From contig CM119265.1 of the NCBI GenBank assembly GCA_051294375.1, forward strand, positions 28,302,260-28,366,259: a DNA stretch of 64,000 bases, read 5' to 3'. The translations under genes and the position numbers were made by a program. Numbering within the stretch: the stretch's first letter is position 1; each line of letters opens with the position of its first letter. This DNA comes from Paraspadella gotoi. Lineage: Eukaryota > Animalia > Chaetognatha. Under the pieces are notes generated by a model. It was not told the DNA's origin and ran no database searches. It saw nothing but the letters and a program-made list of their open reading frames with translations. Below are positions 1-10,902 of this stretch, piece after piece.

Positions 1-165
1 GTGGATGAAATGAACGACGCCGCCAACCGGAAGTTCGCCGCGGCGCCGGAACGCCTTGTCGTGGTCCTCGACGGCGTCGTGAGATACATGAGCGGCGCGA
101 CTCCTTTGGAATACAAGATAGAGGAAGTGGAGCGATGGTTGGAGGAGCTGGAGCAGGAGCGTTAG
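1..165 (+). CDS. DIO: 3' end of an iodothyronine deiodinase-like protein (5' part outside the window)
   Basis: Frame 1 reads VDEMNDAANRKFAAAPERLVVVLDGVVRYMSGATPLEYKIEEVERWLEELEQER* (TAG 163-165). This matches the deiodinase C-terminal pattern VDxMxNxxxxxYAAxPERLxxIxxGxxxYxGxxGPxxYxxxEVRxWLE. A SECIS follows. The ORF track missed it. The symbol is a family-level call, not an orthology call. Confidence 0.9.
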   Translation: MDEMNDAANRKFAAAPERLVVVLDGVVRYMSGATPLEYKIEEVERWLEELEQER

Positions 166-512
166 ATGGAGCAGCTGGAGGTGGTTCTATAGATGGAGCA
201 GCTGGAACTGGTTCTATAGATGGAGCAGCTGGAGCTGTAGCGATAGATGGAGCAGCTGGAATGGAGCGATGTTTGGAGCAGCTGGAGCTGGAGCGATGGT
301 TGGAGGAGCTGGATCTGGAGCGTTGGTTGAAGGAGCTGGAGCTGGAGCGATGGATGGACCAGCTGGAGCTGGAGCGATAGATGGACCAGATTGAGCGGGA
401 GCGATGGATGGAGCCGCTGGAGCTGGAGCGATAGATGAAACCGCTGGAGCTGGAGCGATAGATGGAGTCCCTCGAGCTGAAGCGATGGATGGAGCAGCTG
501 GAGCTGGAGTAA
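130..512 (+). repeat. 27-bp minisatellite (~14 units, GAGCGATRGATGGAGCAGCTGGAGCTG) overlapping the deiodinase stop codon
   Basis: Units are directly visible and translate as ER(W/stop)(L/M)EQLEL. The first unit is the real C-terminus. Confidence 0.95.
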
Positions 513-700
513 TCAACATGTTTGAAAATATATATGATTATATCTTTATTCGATGCTGATATTTTGCGAGATTTCTGAAGTAGTTCAAAATTAGATTTTT
601 CTTACTTTTCTTATATTTAATAACTTTTCATTCCGGCGTTTAAGATATTTTAGTCATGGTAGAAATTTAATATTTAATTTAATAACTGAAGTCAACTTCC

Positions 701-787
701 ATCTACGAACTGATTCGATGAAAAAATCTTTTTAAAACTTTACAAAGTTGAAAGATTTTGGATGTTAAAATTTTGTCGTTTGTAGAT
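701..787 (+). promoter_or_regulatory. Type II SECIS element (selenocysteine insertion sequence)
   Basis: Core AUGAA (718-722) / GGAU (760-763). Helix II AAAATCTTTT (723-732) pairs with GAAAGATTTT (750-759). Unpaired AAA at 734-736. Apical mini-stem ACTT/AAGT. Helix I ATCTACGAAC (701-710) / GTTTGTAGAT (778-787). It lies in the 3' UTR of a deiodinase gene. Confidence 0.88.
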
Positions 788-820
788 TCGATTGTTTCTC
801 TTTTAAGAAACCATAAATTT

Positions 821-826
821 AATAAA
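821..826 (+). terminator. Candidate polyadenylation signal of the deiodinase mRNA
   Basis: AATAAA about 35 nt after the SECIS. The hexamer is common in AT-rich DNA. Confidence 0.45.
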
Positions 827-2334
827 GTTTACGAGCATATAAATTATATGTTATATTATAACGCTACACTGTACATTTATTGGATATCTCGTGGGCATTC
901 TTTTATTTTGAACAAATTAATGTTTGTTCATTAGCTGTCTTTATTTTTATATTTTTTCTCACTTATTTGTGTTAACTTTACAAATCTGAGAATTTTGATG
1001 ATTTGTTAATAATGTAATTAATTAATAAAAGAAAATTAAGAATAAACTATGTCAGTTTTTTTTTTTCTAAATCAAAATATCATTTAAAAAAAATTAATTC
1101 TATTTTGCTGACGATAGTTTCTCCATGTGTCTAAAAATGAAGTACCTAGAAATTTATTTTGAAATTAAAATTTAGAAAACTATTTAGCTATATTTCATCT
1201 ACGGGTATTACCCAATTATTCCTCTTTTTCTTCACCCTTCTCCTCTGCACCTTAACCCTAAACTCAAAACTCAAAAGAAAGAATCACTAAACGACTCTGA
1301 AAAGAAAATCATAAGAAACTCATCCTTAGTGACAGGAGACCGACATTCGAGACTCGGGGTCAAACTTAAGTCAACATAGAGTTCTTTGAAGCAACGTCAT
1401 GCCTGCGACCAACTTGTAGCGCTGAGGGTCAGGGCTGACATGTCTCTTCGTTTTACTAAACGTCTAAAAATTATATGTGTTGGCTTGGCATCCAGTCATC
1501 AATTCGTTCTTCTGAATGGACGCTGGCAAGTAATTCGCAAATTCTTCGGGGTTTTAGCCTTTTGTTCGTTTGGTGGTTCAGCAATACCGGTTACTTGATG
1601 ATAAATAGTTTATTCATTAATTCATAACGGGTATTTTCTTTCTTTTTTGAGAGATGTTAACGTTAATCTTCTAGAGTTTGAAAACTAAGTTCACATTTAA
1701 CACGAGTAGGACGTATTATGAATTTTGAATATTACTTGCGCAAATAAACAAACAACTTTTTTTCCTTCCGACCAATCGTGGACCAATTACGACATTTTCT
1801 CCTTTCTGCCCTCGAAAAAATTCCAGGATTCCCCGCGAGTCAAAATAACTTTTTTTCTCGTCGCATCGTTAATTATCGCTTTCGCAGTTTTCGTCGGATC
1901 TGCTTATCGGCAGATCCCGACTCTATAATCCACATTACGTTACAATTTGTTAGGATTTAATTATCGTAGGCAGATCCGACATCGTTTTAAAATTAATTAT
2001 TGCTTCATATACTTGATTGGCAGGGCGAATGAGGAGTTAGGGAATTTTGCAGGGTGGTGCTTATAATTCGAGCCTCTGTGCGCTTGGCCTTTTCTCTGGC
2101 GTTTCGTAAGTGGAAGTCATGGTGGAGGCAGCGGCGGCGGCGGCGGCGTCGGCGGCGGCGGCTGGTTTTTTAGGTTGCTAAAGCTAAAGCTAAAAAAAAT
2201 ATTGAAACGGTTTAAATAAATCTCGATCTAACATGATAATTATAAATAATAATAATATAAATATAAATAATAATTTATATGATACTTATCATTATCAATT
2301 TTAGTAATAATATTATTTCGATTTTTATTTTTTA

Positions 2335-2393
2335 TAATTACTATTATTATTATTATTATTATTAAATTATTAATTATTATTATTATTTTATTA

Positions 2394-2465
<72 letters not shown>

Positions 2466-2518
2466 TTTTCATTATTATATTAATATCAATACTATTATTA
2501 TGTAATTATCATTATCAA

Positions 2519-2585
<67 letters not shown>

Positions 2586-2652
2586 ATTATTATTATTATT
2601 ATTATCAATATTATTACTATTATTATTATTATTATTGATATATTATTATTAT
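2335..2652. repeat. (TTA)n microsatellite
   Basis: Directly visible. Confidence 0.95.
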
Positions 2653-2698
2653 TTAAAGTTCCCATTTAAAATTGATTAGTACTTACCTTGATTCGTGA

Positions 2699-2765
2699 TT
2701 TAAGGCCTTCATCACTCTTACAAGATAATGACATAGCAAGCTTTCAATCAAGACTCACTCTCAGG
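2699..2765 (+). mobile_element. Copy of a dispersed short repeat family (TTAAGGCCTYCATCACTCTTACAAGATAATGACATAGCA)
   Basis: The same sequence recurs at ~4025-4138, 46684-46822, 52811-52961 and reversed at 57848-58008. Confidence 0.75.
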
Positions 2766-4024
2766 CGACCTGACTTACCAATTTTACCAATTTTCTTTTT
2801 ATTTCCAGATTTTTTACTTTTTTTCTCATTTATAAGTTTTCTTTTATCTGATATATAATTAAGTCCTGGGGAATCGTAGTTTGTTTGTGAAAGAAGATTG
2901 TGAATTGTGAATTGTGAATCGTGAAGGCGAAAGTGAATGAGAAAAAAGTGAGTTGAGTAAAAGTCACTTTCTCGTCTCTCTCTTCTATGTTTATAAAGTC
3001 AATAAAAAATATCTTTATTTATTAAGAATTTATCAAACACACAATGCAACAAAAATTCAAATAATTGTATTAAATACGATTTAAAAAAAATAATAACAAT
3101 TTGTAACTAGAGTCAAAAAAATGTACTGAAAAAAAATTAATCCAACAAGAAAAAAGTTTGACAAATATATTGCTAAAAGATATTTCATTAAGGAAAGTTT
3201 ATAACGTTCAAGGTAAATATATATCTATTTATAGTTATCAATATATATTTATAATAAATCCTATTTATGCATGTATCAAACATTAATGTACAGTCCGTCA
3301 ATAAAACGTGATATAAATACAGGGTAAACTTATATTAAAGCGAACGAAATATTTTTTTCTTCATCGGAAGTTCATTTCCTTAATTTTCACTTTCGTTTCC
3401 TTGGTCAATTTCGTCGTCGTTGTCGTCGTCGTCGTTGTCGTCGTCGTCGTAGGTCTTCATCGTCGTCGTCGTCTTCGTCGGCGTCGTCGTCGTCGTCGTC
3501 GTCGTCCCAGTTGTCGAACTTTGATCGTAATCGTCGTTAAAACCGATGTTTTCTTCTTCCTCCTCTTCCTGCTCTTCCTCCTCCTCCTCCTCCTCCTCCT
3601 CCTCCTCCTCGTTTCCTCACCTTAAATTTGTTTCATCATAAAAAATCGGAGGGGAAAAAAAGCGGAAAAATAAAAGAAGTAATAAAAAAAACAAATAAAA
3701 AGCAAAACAAATAAAACTCTCGTTTTTATTTAAAAAAAAAAAATATCCTTAGGTACAAAAACTTTGCGTTGGAAGGTACGAGTACAGCGAGAGAAAAAAA
3801 AATGAGTACAACGAGAACGAAGATAACGAGAAAAACACGTTTTTTTTTTCATCTTAATATTCGATTTCGTGCTTGCGTGTGTTTGTTTATTTCTTAATCT
3901 TATTTGTTTAATATTTTTATCTTATTCTTTATATTTCGTCGTCATCTTAGTCTTAATCTTTATAAAGATAAATACTACCAATGAAAAATAACACATTCAT
4001 ATAATAATTAAATAATTAAATAAA

Positions 4025-4138
4025 CAAGCTCCATGACTTTGGACAGGCTATGCTTGGTTATTGGTTAAGACTTCTATCACGCTTACGAGATAATGACATA
4101 GCAGGTCCCTCCAAGCTTTCGATCAAGACTCTCTCACA
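4025..4138 (+). mobile_element. Copy of the same dispersed repeat family
   Basis: GACTTTGGACAGGC...GATAATGACATAGCAGGTCCCT...AAGCTTTC.ATCAAGACTCTCTCACA is shared with the other copies. Confidence 0.75.
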
Positions 4139-4486
4139 ATCTCGTTTACCAACAACTGGATGATCTAACTTTCCCATCAATGAAGTGGTCACGCCGGACA
4201 GAGTCTTTGTCTTAACAAACACATATTTAACTTTCTCTTTTTTTCATTTGTATCCGTCGGTTTTTTTTTTGTGTGTGTGTTCTTTTTCGTCGTCGTCGTC
4301 GTCATTGTGTTCATCTTCATCTTCATCTTCGTATTATTTCTCTTCTGTGAATTCGTCGTCTTCATCTTTGTCGTCGTCGTCGTCGTCGTCGTCGTCTTCA
4401 TCGTCGTTCTTTACTTCGGTTTTCGTCTTTTTTTCATCTTCATTTTTTTTCATTTTCTTTCTTCAGGTTCTTTTTTTTTCTTTTTT

Positions 4487-4537
<51 letters not shown>

Positions 4538-5110
4538 CCCGGTTTTTTGCTCTTTTTTGCTGCGACCTTCAAGGGTTACTACACACTTCTTCTGTTTTTC
4601 CTTTCTGTTTTTTCTTTTGTTTTTTTTTCTGTTTCTCTTCCTCCTTCATTTTCACATTAAATTTACGACATTTTTTCTTGACGTTTAACAAATTTTCTCA
4701 TTCACAACTAATTAGTAGCATTCTCGATTAGCCCAGGTTTTAAATTTTATATTTGATGTTTATTTTTACGCCAACGCTTTACTTCGTCATGATGCATAGT
4801 ACTAGCGCTAAATAAAAGGCAGAGAAAAAGTATCAATTCAAATTTATCCTTTGTTTCTTACGCCTTATTTTAAATTTAGGTAAACTAGTAAAAAGAAAAC
4901 AGAATAAATGCAAACAGAATAAACTAATTATAGCGGTGAAAATGATGCAAACAGATTCACAAGATGCGACCACAAAATGCGACCACAACCAAACGGTTTT
5001 CCTTCTTTCTTTTCAAAAAAGTCACCTGTTTTTCTCATTTGCGTTTTTTTTAGTTTTTAAAATTTGACAAATTATTTCTTTTTAGATGTTGAAATGGGTC
5101 ATTCTCTCTC

Positions 5111-5188
<78 letters not shown>

Positions 5189-5672
5189 TCGCTTTAAAAT
5201 AATCTAAAACCGTTTTTACTAATTAACCCCAAAAAAAGGAATATTTTTTTTAAATTCAAATTTGGCATTTTTGAAAAGTTTTTTGTTTAGTCTAATAATA
5301 AACTACAAATCAAACAGAGAATAACTCAAGTTTGCTTCGGAAAAAAAATTGTTATCGCGTGCCGAAGTTAGTTTTTAAATGTCAGGGAAAATTGTACAGC
5401 GGTCTTTGGTTTAAACAACAACCTATATTTGATTAAATATCAATATAGGATCATTTTTATTTTTTTAAATTGAAAAAAAATATTAAAGAAAAAATAAACA
5501 TGTAACTTTTTAGCTCAGAATTTTTAAGGTTTTTTTTCATTTTGTTTTTTTCAAAATTATATTTCTATTTCCTATTTTTTTTACGGAATTTTTGCTTCCT
5601 CAAGAGAAAAAATTAAGGGAAAAAACTTTGGGTCAATCACCATCCGACTTATCTCAATATTTATTTATTCAT

Positions 5673-5755
<83 letters not shown>

Positions 5756-7569
5756 TCTTAGTTATTAAATATTTATTTTTTTATTTTTAAAAATATTATT
5801 CCCTCAACTCCAACGAGGTATGCGCTGTAGCTTTGATGTCATTCTACTCATTTGTACTCATTTGGCATCCAGTCAATTTTCACCTGATTTCATGTCTCTC
5901 ATTCTCTTTTCTCACAAATGGTTGACATTTTAAAATTCCTACAAATTTTATCCAATCAATAATTTTTTCTCCATTTTTTTCATGAAGAGAGAAACTTCAT
6001 TCAAACTCATTTACATAAACATTTCTTTGCATAAACTTCTGAGTTCTTCTCGTTTAAAAAAAATTTTAAAAATTCACCTTTTTTCTTCCTTGTTGCTCTT
6101 TTTCTTTTAAACTTTTTTTTTAAATTTTTCATCTCCTTTGATCCAAGTTTTTAAAAAACACGTGTAATCCGATTCTCTTGTTTGTTTTTATTCCCTTTTG
6201 TTTTCTGTTTTTAAGTCTTTTTCATGAGTTCATATCAAGATTATTTATCTTATTTATTTTTCTTTTTTTTTTGCCTCATTGATCCTCTTTTTTTTTGGCG
6301 GCGCTTGTGATGTAAACATCCTTTTTCTCTGTCAAACGAATTCATTGTCTGCTTTTCATTTCACCTCATTCCCCTAAAGATTATACATTTTAAACTTCGC
6401 CGAATCATTTTTTTGGTGTTTCAAAAATCTATTTACCTAAAAATTGAAGAAATATCTTTTTTATAATATTTACTTTATCTTTCCTTCTTTGATTTTTTTT
6501 TCTTTTTTTTTTTCGTCTTTCTTGTCAACGACTTAATCCAGATTTTTTTTCTTTTTTTTCCCCCCTCAATTTTCGTTTATTTTTATGTCAACAACATAGT
6601 TTTTTTTTCTTTTTTTTATCATTCTTTTTAATTCATAGGTATTTTGTTCAAAATCTATCGATACCAGAGAATATATTAATTAGCACTTACAATATGACAA
6701 GACGATATATATAAAATTTGGACACCACCTGCGTTGGAATAAGAGATTATTTTAAGGAAAACTTTGCGTCTCAGTTTTCCTAAATTGACAAAAAGGATCT
6801 AGATAAGAATTTTGCGACATCGAAACTAATGGTCTTTCTTTTTATTTATATGATATCTGAGTGATCCGACTATAGAATTCTTATTTCTTAATGTAATTTT
6901 TTATTGCATTTTCATATCGCATATTTTAGTTAATAATTTAAAACAAAAATAAAATACTGTTGACTGATATTTTGATCTCTGAGAGAAAAAGCGCAACTAA
7001 AAAAAAAGTCAATGAATGAAAACTTCGAAAAGGATGAACCGCCTCGTTTAATTAAAAGATTATTACCACTTAGAAAAGCATAGTAAAAATTTAAACTATT
7101 TTTTTGTGTTGTCATCTAAAACGATTCATCATAAATGACAAAAGTTGACGGTTGAAAAAAAATTTAATCGGCGCTGGACAAAACAAATCCACGGAACCAA
7201 AAGCGAAAACCACGTTTCGTTTCGTTTCAGAAAACGCGAGAAAGAAAACGATGAAAACACGTTTACCCTTTTAAATAAAAAAAAAACCAAAAAAAAAACG
7301 AAAAACACGATGAAAGCGAAACAACGAAAAACGAGGAAAACAATTTCTCTCTCCTCGTCTCTCTCACGAAACTCCCCTTTCTCTCCCTCCCTCCTCCCTT
7401 TACTCCTCCTCCTCCTTCCCTCCCCCTCTCCTCCCACCTCTCCCTCTCTCTCCTCCCCTTGCTCCTTCGTCCTCTCCATCTCCTTCTCCGATATTCGACG
7501 AATTCATTCCGTTTCTTCTCGCGTCAACGAAAGAAGAAGATACGTCGAGTCGATAAGATCCAGGATACG

Positions 7570-8140
7570 AGAGAGAGGAAGAAGAGAGGGAGGAGAGAGG
7601 GAGGAGAGTGGGAGGAAACTCGTTTGAGTAAGGGGGAGGGAGGGAGGAAGAAGAGAGGAGGAGAGAGGAAGAGAGTGAGGAAACTCCTTTGAGGTAAGGG
7701 AGGGAGGAGGGGGGAGGAAGAGAGAGGGAGGAGAGAGGGAGAGAGGGAGGAAACTCGTTTGAGGTAAGGGGAGGGAGGGAGGGAGGAAGAGGAGAGGGAG
7801 GAGGAGAGGGAGAGAGGAAACTGTTTGGGTAAGGGGAGGAGGAGGAAGAAGAGAGGAGGGAGAGGAAGAGAGTGAGGAAACTCCTTTGAGGTAAGGGGAG
7901 GGAGGGAGGGAGGGAGAAGAAGAGAGGGAGGGAGAGGAGAGAGGGAGGAAACTCGTTGAGGTAGGGGAGGGAGGTAGGGAGGAAGAAGAGAGGGAGGAGA
8001 GGGAGAGAGGAAACTCGTTTGAGGTAGGGAGGAGGGAGGGAGGGAGGAAGAAGAGAGGGATGTGAGAGGGAGAGAGGGAGGAAACTCCTTTGAGGTAAGG
8101 GGGAGGAAGGGAGGAGGGAGAAGCGGAGGGAACTCGTCTA
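7570..8140. repeat. GA-rich ~55-60-bp minisatellite with anchor GAGGAAACTC(G/C)TTTGAGGTAAGGG
   Basis: The anchor recurs about 9 times. Confidence 0.9.
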
Positions 8141-8355
8141 AATTTAATTGTATTGGTTGATAAGATTTGAATTATTTGGTTGATTTGTTTGATTGATTGA
8201 TTGATTTATTGATTGAACTGATCTGATTTATTTGATTTATTTGATCGTTTAGTTAGATATTTGATTGAATTGAATTGATTGATTGATTGATCGATTGATT
8301 GGTTTATTCAATCATTGATAGATTTATTTGATTGATTGATTGATTGATTGACCAG

Positions 8356-9164
8356 GATTTGTACGAAGTTAGAGGAAGAGAATTTTCCCTTGCCAACGAA
8401 TGGAGGACGACAAAGACGACGACGACGACGACGCCGATAACGACGACGAAGCAAAGAAGAAGACAGTCTGCGCCATCGTCGTCGTCGTCGTCGTCGTCGT
8501 CACGCGCCCAAAACGACGAACTCAAATCGACGCCGCGTTTCGCCGCGCTCGGTTTCCATGGAGACGGCGCCGATTCATCGACGCGTTTCCATGGCGACGG
8601 ACGAATGGAAGCCGACGCGTCCGTCACGGGATTCGAGGCGGAGACGGAAGAAGGCGCGCTGGAGGAAGACCCGGCGGAGCAGCGGGAGGCGGAAGAGCAG
8701 CAGCACGCGGATCGAGATCAGGAGCAGCGGCTGCAAGAACAGCAACAGTCGGAGGAACAGCGACAGCAAACATTCCACGAAATTGAGAAGGAAGGAATCG
8801 AAGATAACGAAGTCGATTCCGATCAAGATACTTATCAAAGGCTACAACATCTACAGCATTACTCGCAGAATCATCACCAACAACAGCATCATCGACAACA
8901 ACAGCAAAACTTTGATGTAGAGAAGTTGGAAAATCGGGTCCGAGCCTCTTCAACATCATCGTTCATCATCCTCGCGACGGTGGCGCCGCTTTTGACGCCA
9001 ACGTCATCAGCAACGCCAACGCAATAAGCGAAGCCAACGTCATCAGCAACGCCAACGCAATCAGCGAAGCCAACGACGTTTGATGCAGACGTCGTCGACT
9101 TCGCTCGCACCAAACGCCAAGAATGAAATACACTCTGGCGGCGACGAAAAAGAAACGACGTCAG
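8356..9164 (+). CDS. Fibrinogen-related (angiopoietin-like) gene, exon A: T/S/Q/E-rich low-complexity N-terminal region
   Basis: Acceptor gaccag| at 8355, donor |gtgaga at 9165, GC-rich codon usage. Reads DLYEVRGREFSLANEW... The 3' part needs several 1-nt frameshifts, probably sequencing indels, to reach ...DEKETTS in phase 1. Confidence 0.65.
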
Positions 9165-9420
9165 GTGAGAAATGAATGTTGGCTTCTTGCACAATGCAAT
9201 GGAATGCAATGAAAGCTTGCCTAGCTCAGATCACATGCTGGAAGCGTTCGGAGGAAGTAAACCATCATTAGGCCGTAGCGTTCCTGATCTCATGGTTCTA
9301 GAGTTCAAGACTCGTTACATTACTGGCGAGAGGGCTGAAGAAGCCCAATAAACGTTTTTTTTAAAATAGTAACTAGACGTAAAAAATATAAGTGAAGAAA
9401 TTTTAAAAAAATGTGGATAA

Positions 9421-9613
9421 GCGTCTAAGTGAGCTGAGAGTACTGTCCCCAACTTCTTGAACCCCCTATAGAATCCATGGAACGGGCTTGGAGGTTGAAG
9501 GTTTACCAGGCCTCCAAGGCGGTTTACGGCTTGTAACGCTTCCACGCAGGTTGGGTATCGATCCCAGTACCTAACAGTCACGAGCTGATGGCATTACTCA
9601 ATGAGCCACTGGA
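9421..9613 (-). mobile_element. tRNA-derived SINE, family A
   Basis: Reverse strand reads GTGGCTCATTGAGTAATGCCATCAGCTCGTGAC...GGTACTGGGATCGATACCC...CCGTTCCATGG...CACTTAG, collinear with 45768-46002. Confidence 0.75.
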
Positions 9614-9711
9614 TAATCGAGTCAAGCGTCATGCTTACGGGCGGAGTGAACTTATTGCAATGCCGGACTTCCCCTCCCTCTCCCAATTTTCCTTCCCCAC
9701 TTGTTTTCAAG

Positions 9712-9871
9712 CCCCCAAGTCTCCACCTCCCGAACTCGAGGCGAGATGGTCCGTCGACGAATCGCATCCATGAAGGAGACTTGCGACCAAGCGTTGGGAT
9801 GGATCAATCTCTTTAGGAGAGACATGCAGGGCATGAGGATGGATTTCATGGTCATGAAATCAGGGCTGCAG
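9712..9871 (+). CDS. Fibrinogen-related gene, exon B (start of coiled coil)
   Basis: ttttcaag| ... |gtgatg. Reads (A)PKSPPPELEA..MVRRRIASMKETCDQALGWINLFRRDMQGMRMDFMVMKSGLQ with one internal frameshift. Ends in phase 0, matching exon C. Confidence 0.65.
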
Positions 9872-10113
9872 GTGATGGAGGGGGGGATTGATTGATTGAT
9901 TTGATTTATTGATTGATTTGATTGATTGATTGATTTATCGATTTGATTGATTGATTTAATTGATTGCTTGATTGATTGATTGATTGATTTATCGATTCCA
10001 TTGATTGATTTGATTTATTGATTTATTGATTGATTGATTGATTTATCGATTTGATTGATTGATTGATTGATTAATTTATTGCTTGATTCTTTGATTGATT
10101 GATTGAATTATTA

Positions 10114-10144
<31 letters not shown>

Positions 10145-10239
10145 AATTTATTTCTTGAATGATTGATTGATTTGATTGATTGATTTTTTGATTGATTGAT
10201 AGATTCATTGCATAATTGTCCATTCTTCATTTTCACCAG

Positions 10240-10373
10240 GTACTGGAAGAGCGGCGACAAGGGGCCAACGCCAAACACCTGAAGCAAGACGTTGCAAATC
10301 TTTGGGCCAAAGTTGAAAAAGTGGAGGAAGACATTTTGAAAAAATCGGAGAAGATGGACAAACTGGATTACAG
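10240..10373 (+). CDS. Fibrinogen-related gene, exon C (coiled coil)
   Basis: tttcaccag| VLEERRQGANAKHLKQDVANLWAKVEKVEEDILKKSEKMDKLDY(R) |gtcagt; phase 0 to 2. Confidence 0.85.
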
Positions 10374-10738
10374 GTCAGTTTAGGCTTTTGTCTCTCAGAT
10401 TTTAAATTATGCATTTGACTGTTCTTTCGTTTTGAAGTCAGTTTCTAAATTAATTGACAAATTTTTCAATCGAATGATCAATCAATCAATCATTTTACGG
10501 AATAAACAATCAAAGCATCGACGAAATACTTGAGATATAAATCAGTAAACGAATAAAAGATTGAATGAATCAAAGAAACAAACAAACAATTAATTCAATT
10601 AATTACGCAATCAATCGATAAGTGAATCAATCACTTCACGACATCACGAATCACGACATCAATCAGTCAATAAATAAATTAATCAAATATTCAATCAAAC
10701 AATCAATCAATCATTAATTCCTTCCACCTCCCCCCCAG

Positions 10739-10902
10739 ACTCCACGAGACGGAGCGGCAATTCTCTCTTCTCTCCCGACGAATCAGTGAGACTCGAGCCG
10801 AAGTTTCGCGCCAAGAGGAATTCTGTCACGTGACCGGAGTTCGACTCAATGACAAATACAGTGGAATCGAGAAAGACGTTCAGGCCATCAAAGATGTTGT
10901 CT
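10739..10902 (+). CDS. Fibrinogen-related gene, exon D (coiled coil)
   Basis: cccccag| LHETERQFSLLSRRISETRAEVSRQEEFCHVTGVRLNDKYSGIEKDVQAIKDVV |gtgagt; phase 2 to 1. Confidence 0.85.

Noticed and set aside
135-519. ORFs 135-380 (+) and 214-519 (-) with GAAG/APAP repeats
   Set aside because: Alternative-frame translations of the 27-bp minisatellite; the real CDS is frame 1 ending at 165.
3401-4688. Poly-V/R/S/F ORFs
   Set aside because: Products of (GTC)n and (TTTC)n microsatellites.
7570-8140. Constant anchor with variable spacers, superficially CRISPR-like
   Set aside because: The spacers are related GA-rich low-complexity sequence, the context is eukaryotic and there are no cas genes; it is a minisatellite.
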